Source of the DNA: Hormiphora californensis
Taxonomy: Eukaryota; Animalia; Ctenophora
Direction: 5' to 3'
Length of the DNA stretch: 64,000 nt
Assembly: GCA_020137815.1 (NCBI GenBank)
Contig: CM035350.1
Location: 5,022,001 to 5,086,000 of the forward strand
Part shown: positions 57,901-64,000 of the stretch, piece after piece
How the letters are laid out: each line of letters begins with the position of its first letter
How positions within the stretch are numbered: position 1 is the first letter of the stretch
The notes under the pieces: generated by a model
What the model was told of the DNA's origin: nothing
Database searches by the model: none
What the model saw: the letters and a program-made list of their open reading frames with translations, nothing else
Program-made: the position numbers and the translations under genes

Positions 57901-58608
57901 TTCCTAGACAACATGTAGACATTAATAACGCTACTCATTAAAAACATGCACACTCTCGTCCCATCCTCTGCTTCCGTAACTGTTCTGAGAGAGATGGGGC
58001 GGTGGTAGAAATTAAATGGGGAAGAAAGGGCGAGAAAATGTATGAGAAATAGTGATCAGCAATTACCTTGATATGGCATTAAAAATGTGCAACTTTTCTT
58101 TCGTAGACAAAAAATCATCTACGATAAAGATGATGACTTGGGAGAGAGATCCAACACCCTTGTCGAGGATTGTATACGTCTCCCCTGAGGCTACACTCTG
58201 TGGAATTACCTCTCCTGTCAGCAAGGTATTATCTGGAGAGATATAGGGATTAGCTGTGCCAGTTGTTTGGTTTAAAGAGGGAGATTCAGATTGTCGACTG
58301 TTGAGCATCATCGATGATGCCCTACTATTTTTCCTATATGAAAACTTACTTTCCCTACAGAAGACACATTTCCAAACATCCTCAATAAGTTGGCAGTGCT
58401 TGTTGTAGTACGATTTACAAGCGGTACATCTTATAGCCCTGGTGACGTCTCCCTCCCCACTCCCAGCAGGTCGGACGGGGTCAAAGAGGAATCCAAAGGG
58501 TACATGACACGCCTCGCCAACTGTGGCGGAGGCCGGGAGGAGCTTACAAGATGGTTGGACAGGAATGGTAGTTTTTACATCGTGATCTAGCCCATCCACT
58601 ATTACCAT
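51945..58608 (-). CDS. Divergent Sec23/Sec24-family protein (zinc finger + vWA trunk); 3' end not located
   Basis: Exon 58608-58067 RCTACKSYYN..WKCVFC and IIFIVD; exons ~57985-57862, 57745-57497, 53872-53766 (HIIIFTGG) and 52071-51945 (AVHIYCVG..SYCGG) splice in frame and follow the Sec23 trunk order. Confidence 0.7.
52087..53651. mobile_element. Foldback-type palindromic element with TA flanks
   Basis: 764-bp arms (52087-52850, 52888-53651) with about 6 mismatches and a 37-bp spacer; termini caaggtgggcc / ggcccaccttg. Confidence 0.9.
53911..54024 (+). ncRNA. HDV-like self-cleaving ribozyme at the LINE 5' end
   Basis: P1 gggatgg/ccatcct with a G1-U wobble; P2 tcagtc/gactga; P3 acc/ggt; L3 tccccgt; P1.1 cc/gg; catalytic C in ctaa at 54013. 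Confidence 0.88.
54089..57304 (+). CDS. RTE LINE ORF: AP endonuclease + reverse transcriptase (1071 aa, intact)
   Basis: EN motifs TWNV, ETHW, GDFNA, IDH and SDH; RT motifs DFKSAFD, QG and YADD; RTE-type C-terminus RWFGH..RSRGRPRKTW. Confidence 0.96.
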   Translation: MSSSNLASVKAGKHLIPDSEVRVTRGREEGKAGSGDSGPSDLMGVSDLVSFNRRVISGQHIPGVAAPGSFSSFSSFKPINAVRNHFHLATWNVLSLQSSSSKLYELSNAVSSFQLDVLLLTETHWPGTEVMTLDNGHLFINSGRADGLRRQGVGLVLSKSVKKSLISYSPFSERIMAARLHTKHVNISLVIAYAPTNDKDDAVKEEFYNQLSSVLDRLPRQDVVFLGGDFNARVGGGHSLHQVSNDNGERLEDLCGIHQLSIGAKMFPHRDHHKGTWRSPDGTTVTQIDHLCVGNKWRSSLLDVRVLRSADIGSDHYLVRGKVRIRLSAAKNCRKPVREVPAIENLRKGCDETRTEYNVSLRNRFESLEPEESLEGQWRQVKEVIGEVSLEVLGARPKRIRQQHLSLETRDLIAQRAELKKNDPEGGSEYSRLNKLVKKAARVDDERWADSLASDLEDAAVHGRQRELWQHMKDLSGVRKRGGTAVRDRNGELIADPVQQRERWAEHFSELLNPPVTTSQLSDLDGLEVDPCFEDLGEDDPPPSRGEVLVALNRLKNHKSPGVDGISNEQLRYGSSGLVGPLVDLFGGVWREEKVPEEWLKGVISVIPKKGDASVCSNNRGITLRSTTSKLFQIIMLNRLSSGLELALRENQCGFRRNRSCVDQIYSLRTIIHQCIEYNLPLYINFIDFKSAFDCINRDFIWAAFRHYGLPEKYVRIIRAFFDGTVSAVKHDGELSSWFSVLSGTGQGDIQGPPVFNIVINWAAQLAESNKTVSRGLTLHGAESDEGGEWIMDLDYADDMAVMDDTEEGLQESTDLLVKYAGYAGLKINAKKTKVVAFSKGLSQRPFSEADTVSISVEGNPVEQVSSFTYLGSALSSDGTIDKELGIRIGKAYSAFSMLCRIWYNRNIRTCTKIRIYRAAVLTVLLYGCEAWTTTQVQDRRVEAFHQRCLRRILRIQWFRRVSNREVLERAGIEPISNFIGNGRLRWFGHLIRMPEGRVPNKLYHWVPSHGRRSRGRPRKTWSSCVLNDYRDATGQSQSLRAITNTAENRNEWRQLTSLRARILGAGHSND

Positions 58609-58679
58609 GCTAAATTGTAGAGAGGGAGTGAGAGAGAGTGAGTTAGAGGACGATAGAGAGAGAGAGAGAGAGAGAGATA

Positions 58680-58741
<62 letters not shown>

Positions 58742-59128
58742 AACGTATGTTGATTGTTGAGGGGTTCTTGTTGGTGTGGTGGCTGGCCTAGATGTGTGAG
58801 AACTGTGTGATTGTACACACAGACAATGTTACATCACAGAAAACGCGCGGTTCGAAACACAAGAAGTGTTCTGCGCGCTACACACAAGCACACCAAAATC
58901 CGCCCTGAATCCAACTTTGGCTAATTGACATTCAACATTGTCAACTTAAACAAATTTGACAAATTGATCTGTTTTTTATACCCTGTACAGCATAATCAAT
59001 ACTCAACACTGTCGCACACACACACAAAACGGAATTTTAAAAGAAGGCAAACATCGGACTCCTGACTCTCCTAGGAGCCAGAAAGGGGTTGGGGAGTGAG
59101 AATTAAAAAAAACACCATATCCTTGACA

Positions 59129-62100
59129 TCACAGTGTGTTAATATCTCCCATAATTCTCACTGGGCGACCCTTGTACCGAATGCTAAGGTGCTTTTCAAC
59201 ACATCCCTTGAGCTCCTTTGTGACCTGTGATGGCCCGTTTCAGTTTCGGTTCAACGTCCTCATACGTCTTCTCGGCTTCAACAACTCGTTCTTTTAACTC
59301 AGCAATAGTTTCCTAGAGATTATGCTGATCGTTATTGTATGTTCAAACGAATTATTAACAAATATTTGTATATTTTCTCTCTCTCTCTCTCTCCTTCTCT
59401 CCCGCCCACTTCCCCTGTCACTCTCTGATCGCAGTGAGTAATTAGGCCCATAGCGAGGTGTCATACACACACTCAACCAGACAGACAAACAAACAAATGG
59501 TACAAATAAACATTTCCGGATTTAGTTCAAACCTGCATCTTGTCAGAGAGACGTAGTTGTGACTGGAGATTATCACCCAACCTATCCAGATATTTCTCAC
59601 TGTTTTTTAATAGCAGCAAGTGTCTCATTTTATCACATGTTAGTTGATTGAGGGGAGAGTCAACGGCCGCCAACATCTTACCAACACCCACAAGTTGTGC
59701 TGTTTGTATCTCTGGGGGACCTGGCGAATAATTAGCGATTAATTATGTACAATAATTAGCGATTAATTATGTACAATAATTATAACATACTGGGACGATT
59801 ATGCGAGATAAAACAATAACACTTACAGTCAGGTATTTCACTGAGTATACTCTCAGTGTCTCGTCCCATTTCCTCACACCGTGCTGACAGGAAGGCAGAC
59901 AGCTCATACAACTCATCAATAATCTTATTTCTAGTAACAGTGTTGTCAAGTAGAGTTTGGTTCTTGTTCTCTTCGCCTGCCTCAAGAAGATCTATCTCAA
60001 TACCTCCCTCATCTCCAAAATCAATATCTCCTGGGAATTAAAATTATTTTGGTTTTGATTTGTTAAGTTTTTGGGGATCAGAAAGGGTGATGCACTGTGA
60101 GGCAGTACACGTCACGCAGTGTAACGTGCGGACTCCTTTCATCACCTCCCCGTCAAACCGTGAAGGTTCATTAACTTAATCTTAACTGGTAGAGGGGTTA
60201 GTTTTGGGATCAGATATTTGGAATAGAAACAATCCTTGTGTTTTACTCTACCCACCATAATCGACAGTTTCTTCTCCGAAATCAATGTCCGTTCCAAAAT
60301 CGATTGTGTCAATACCAAAGTCAATGTCATCGGGTGATTCATTTCCGATGGTTGTGGCAATTTCAGGAAGTGTTGGTTCCGGATCAGTTTCAATATGTCT
60401 GAAGGAGAAATAAAAATGGTTTAGAATTGCGGATATTCTCGAAAATATCATCTTTACTTACTCGTGATGATCGGTTGTAACGTACACACACCCATTCTTA
60501 TCCTGCGTCTCAATTGGATCAATTACCTCCACACTACTTTCACTGTCGCTACTCTCTGTGATAGAAGCCGAGTTTTATGAAGGAGCATATAAATATGTAA
60601 TTATGAAGGAGTAATAAATATTTATAAAGGAACACATAATATTTATAAAGGAGCATATAAATATTTATGAAGGAGCACACATATCAAACTGTTATGTGTG
60701 CTCCTTCACAAATTATATGTTATTTACAGTTACTTACCCATCGGGACTCCTGGGTTTTCCCACTGGGACACAGCTGTGTTTCCGTGCTTAACAAAATACG
60801 TCAAAATAGGACACACTTCCATATTGGGGTTGTTAATCAAAAATCGAACAAATGTCTGAAAAATGATTATCAGCAGATCTAAAAACGTCTGAGAAAGTTC
60901 ATTTTTGCATTGACCAATTATGAACTACTTATCAAGCTCATTACAATGTTTGTACCTGGTAGTAGGAGATGGCAGGCTGAATGTGACCTAAACTCCGTGA
61001 AATTTCCGTCATGAGATAGGGAATATCCAAAACCAACCCAGACAACTCGGACTTGATATGATCACCAACTATCCCAATCTCTGCACATTTCTCCCGGTAC
61101 TTAGCTTCATATTTGGTGATGTTGTTAGAACAATCCGCCTGTTTCTTCACACTATCTTGTTTAACCTGAGTTGCCCTGAAAATGTAGTGCTCCTTTATAA
61201 AACTGTCAAATGATGTACCTGAGTTCAGTGCTCCTTCATAAAACCAGCTGTCCTCCCACACCCACATAGTGGTGGGAGAGAAAGGAAACAGCAGGTGGTA
61301 TATTTACTCAAAGTTGCACCATTCAATCTAGTCACACGACAACTAGTCTTTATGTCGCTCTCTCACAATCCTTACTGACTTCCATCCTATTTTCCAGCGT
61401 GTTATAACTCTATTGTGTTTGAAAGCCTGGGTCCTACCCTCGCACTTCATCATCCTAGGAGCCTAACGTAATCTCGCTAAAATGCCGCAACAATATCGTC
61501 TTACCAAACCATAAAATCTCGGCTCTAGTACACCACTGAGTTCTAGATGCTTTAGCACGATATTATTCTGAGCTCGTAAAAATAGTGGACGCGACCAAAG
61601 CTGACTTGCATTAGCTTGCCTTGCTGGATCCTCTCTCAGTGCGCCCTTTACAAATATTTCAAAGGAGGGTAAGAGGGTTAGAACATAACAAGCATTAGCC
61701 AGAACGCCCAGATTTACTTATTTTAATCACACTACTAATGGTATGATTATTTCGTGGGACACAATAGGAGAGCTATATTGTCTTGCTCGACCCTCTTGTA
61801 CAGAGCTATCCTCTGTGTGTCTATTTTCATCATTCTCAACTCCATCTATATCTAATTTTCTCCGACTTAATTCTGAGCTGCCACCTGATTTCACGTCTCC
61901 GTTCCATGTGTTCCACTATTATATCAACTGCCATGATGATTCGTTACCAGATCTAGTAAAGAATTGTATCTGCAGGTACAATTCCTACCACGTCAGTATC
62001 AGCTCCGACTCACTACGAGCTGTCCGTACCAGTTAACACTATTTACCTTGCGATTTGCTTCTTGAATAGTGGGACATCATATTTAACGTTCTGTGTCAGG

Positions 62101-62405
62101 TTTTTAGCACAGTCTGCAAGGAAGGTGTTATCCTTCTCAAACAGCTTCACAATACGGGCCCATGTTGCTGTGTATTGGTGCGTGTATTGACCAATCATGT
62201 TCTTGCTACCTAGAAAATGTAAAGATGGGTAAGGGATTCATGTGGAGACTGGAGTGTGGACATTGGAGCGGGGAGCGGGGGCAGGTATGAACGATAGAGG
62301 TAGATTGGGACTGAGTGAGCTATAAATAAAAGATGCCGTTAGGTTCTAGGAATAGTGTATCTCCTACCAAATGGAGAGCTCTCCAGAGCCTCTAGTATCC
62401 TCACA
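59129..62405 (-). CDS. CDK5RAP3: CDK5 regulatory subunit-associated protein 3 (C53/LZAP); 5' exons not located
   Basis: SKNMIGQY..FEKDNTFL..NVKYDVPLFKKQI (62047-62210); GDHIKSEL (60956-61176); PILTYFVKHGN; IDFG repeats; TRNKIIDELYEL; C-terminal RYKGRPVRIMG. The last exon has an apparent 1-nt frameshift. Confidence 0.9.
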
Positions 62406-62829
62406 CTGACAGGGTACAGTATAGGCTCAACAACCTCGTGTCTGATATCATCAAGGGGGCATTCCTCAGTCAGTACCTAGGGGGTGAAGGGGTGAATAAA
62501 CGGGATTACAGCACGTTCGGGGAGGGGAGAATAAACGGGATTACAGCATGCACCTAGAGGGGGAGGGGAGAGAAGGATCACAGCAGGTGGTGAGAAGAAG
62601 AGAGGGGCGTGAGGAATGTGGAGCATTATCCCATACGGTGGAGTAGTAAATATATGGCAACGTATAACACAGGTGGGCCGTGGGTGAACTTCAAAAACCC
62701 TTGACCTTTACCGAAAACTCTCCTCAAATTGTGATTTCAAAGCGCATATTATATATTTTGTCATTTGCCTCCATCCTAGGGGCCGCATATATTTTGTCAT
62801 TTGTCGCTTGACTCATGCCCTGTGCCCAG

Positions 62830-63306
62830 TGGGGTTGCTAAGTTGAAAAATTAAAAATACACAATTTTAAAGTGTTGCACGTGTATTAGGATGTTCTAGG
62901 GACTAATTTCCGTGTTTTGAAATTTTAAAATTTCAAAATTTTTTTTCGATTTTTTCCCGATTTTTCACCGAAAATAAGGGTCACAAAAGTGGCTTGCGAT
63001 TCAATGTGGCTCAACCGTTTGGGCTGAAACTTCGAATATTAGTAGAAAATTACCCACTGAATACCAGATATAATGTTCGAAAGCGATATTTTGAGTATAC
63101 AGCAAGGTATACAAAATATAGTGCTCCATTGACTTCATTAACCCTAAAATTCCCATTATTTACGCAAAAACGCGGGTTATGAAAGTCGCTTGCGATTCGA
63201 AGTGGCTCAACCGTTTGGGCTGAAACTTCGGATATCAGTAGAAAATTACCCACTGAATACCAGACATAATGTTCGAAAGCGATATTTTTCAACTTAGCAA
63301 CCCCTA
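62830..63306. mobile_element. hAT-like MITE with an internal ~100-bp direct repeat
   Basis: TIR ggggttgctaagttgaaaaa; flanks gtgcccag / gtgcccac form an 8-bp TSD with one mismatch. Confidence 0.75.
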
Positions 63307-64000
63307 GTGCCCACTTCAGTCACTAGGAGACCACTTCCCCAGCAGCAGCAGTAGCCGGTGTTATGTGCGGCGTTTTTGTTTATCGGTAGTTGCACAATGA
63401 CCATAATCCCCCCATAATGTGAGGGGACGAGAAAGATAATCATAGTTCTTTATATTCTTTCTCTTCCTCATGACTAAGGAGTTTAGAATTCTTGGGATTG
63501 AGTTTCACAGTTACCACTCTTTGTCTCTCTCACAACCTCCTCTCTCTCTACGTCATTGTTCCTAATATTCTCTTACAACTTTTATAGCTCCTCTCACCTG
63601 GTAAATGTTCTTTGCTGTGCTAGCACGATGTTGGGACTTTTACAATCGTATGAGGGTGCCCTGCCTTGCACTCGACCCTCTCTAGGGTTAGAAGACATAG
63701 GGTGCTCCCTCGCTCATTTGGTGGTAAATGTCTGAAGTGCCACTAACTTTACCCTCTAACTCTGATATGTAATACTATTTCAAATAAAGTTCACATTCAC
63801 TACCATTTACAGCGTCCCTCTCAGGAGCTCTTCTTATTACATAGTGCTGTGCCACCCGAGTTCACTGTGCCACGCTAATTTTCACGGCCCTATATCTCGG
63901 CTAAACTAATTTCAGTTCTCTTTGTACCAGCTGCCTTGGTATAATATCCCGTAGTAAATCTTCTCTGTACTCGACTTCCCAGCTCTCACTCCCCAGTGAC

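Noticed and set aside
61705-61990. Coding-like minus-strand stretch in a CDK5RAP3 intron, and exon-like pieces at 63600-64000
   Set aside because: They are short, interrupted by stops and cannot be assigned to a family from this window.

Overview
Eukaryotic, intron-rich genomic DNA, most likely from a ctenophore. This rests on a 39-nt match to the ctenophore spliced leader (as I recall that sequence) at 48890-48928 and on an iGluR with ctenophore-type cysteine signatures. From left to right the window holds: a nest of MITE and Helitron-like repeats interrupted by a 7.5-kb TSD-flanked, (CAAA)n-tailed insertion carrying about 14.7 seemingly identical 456-bp units; a 24-kb SH3-WW-PH-RhoGAP gene (ARHGAP9/12/15/27 family) whose introns host a U2 snRNA, an intronless antisense ionotropic glutamate receptor and a gag-like ORF; an intronless NDP kinase; a divergent class A GPCR; a bulb-type lectin; a divergent Sec23/24-like gene whose introns hold a 1.56-kb palindrome and a full-length RTE LINE with an HDV-like ribozyme; and CDK5RAP3. 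The most striking observation is a 170-bp TSD-flanked insertion in a GPCR intron. There the spliced leader is fused directly to a hammerhead ribozyme core and preceded by a Penelope-type 5' inversion, which suggests a trans-spliced ribozyme retroelement RNA that was reverse-transcribed into the genome. Exon boundaries and family assignments were read by eye; no searches were run.
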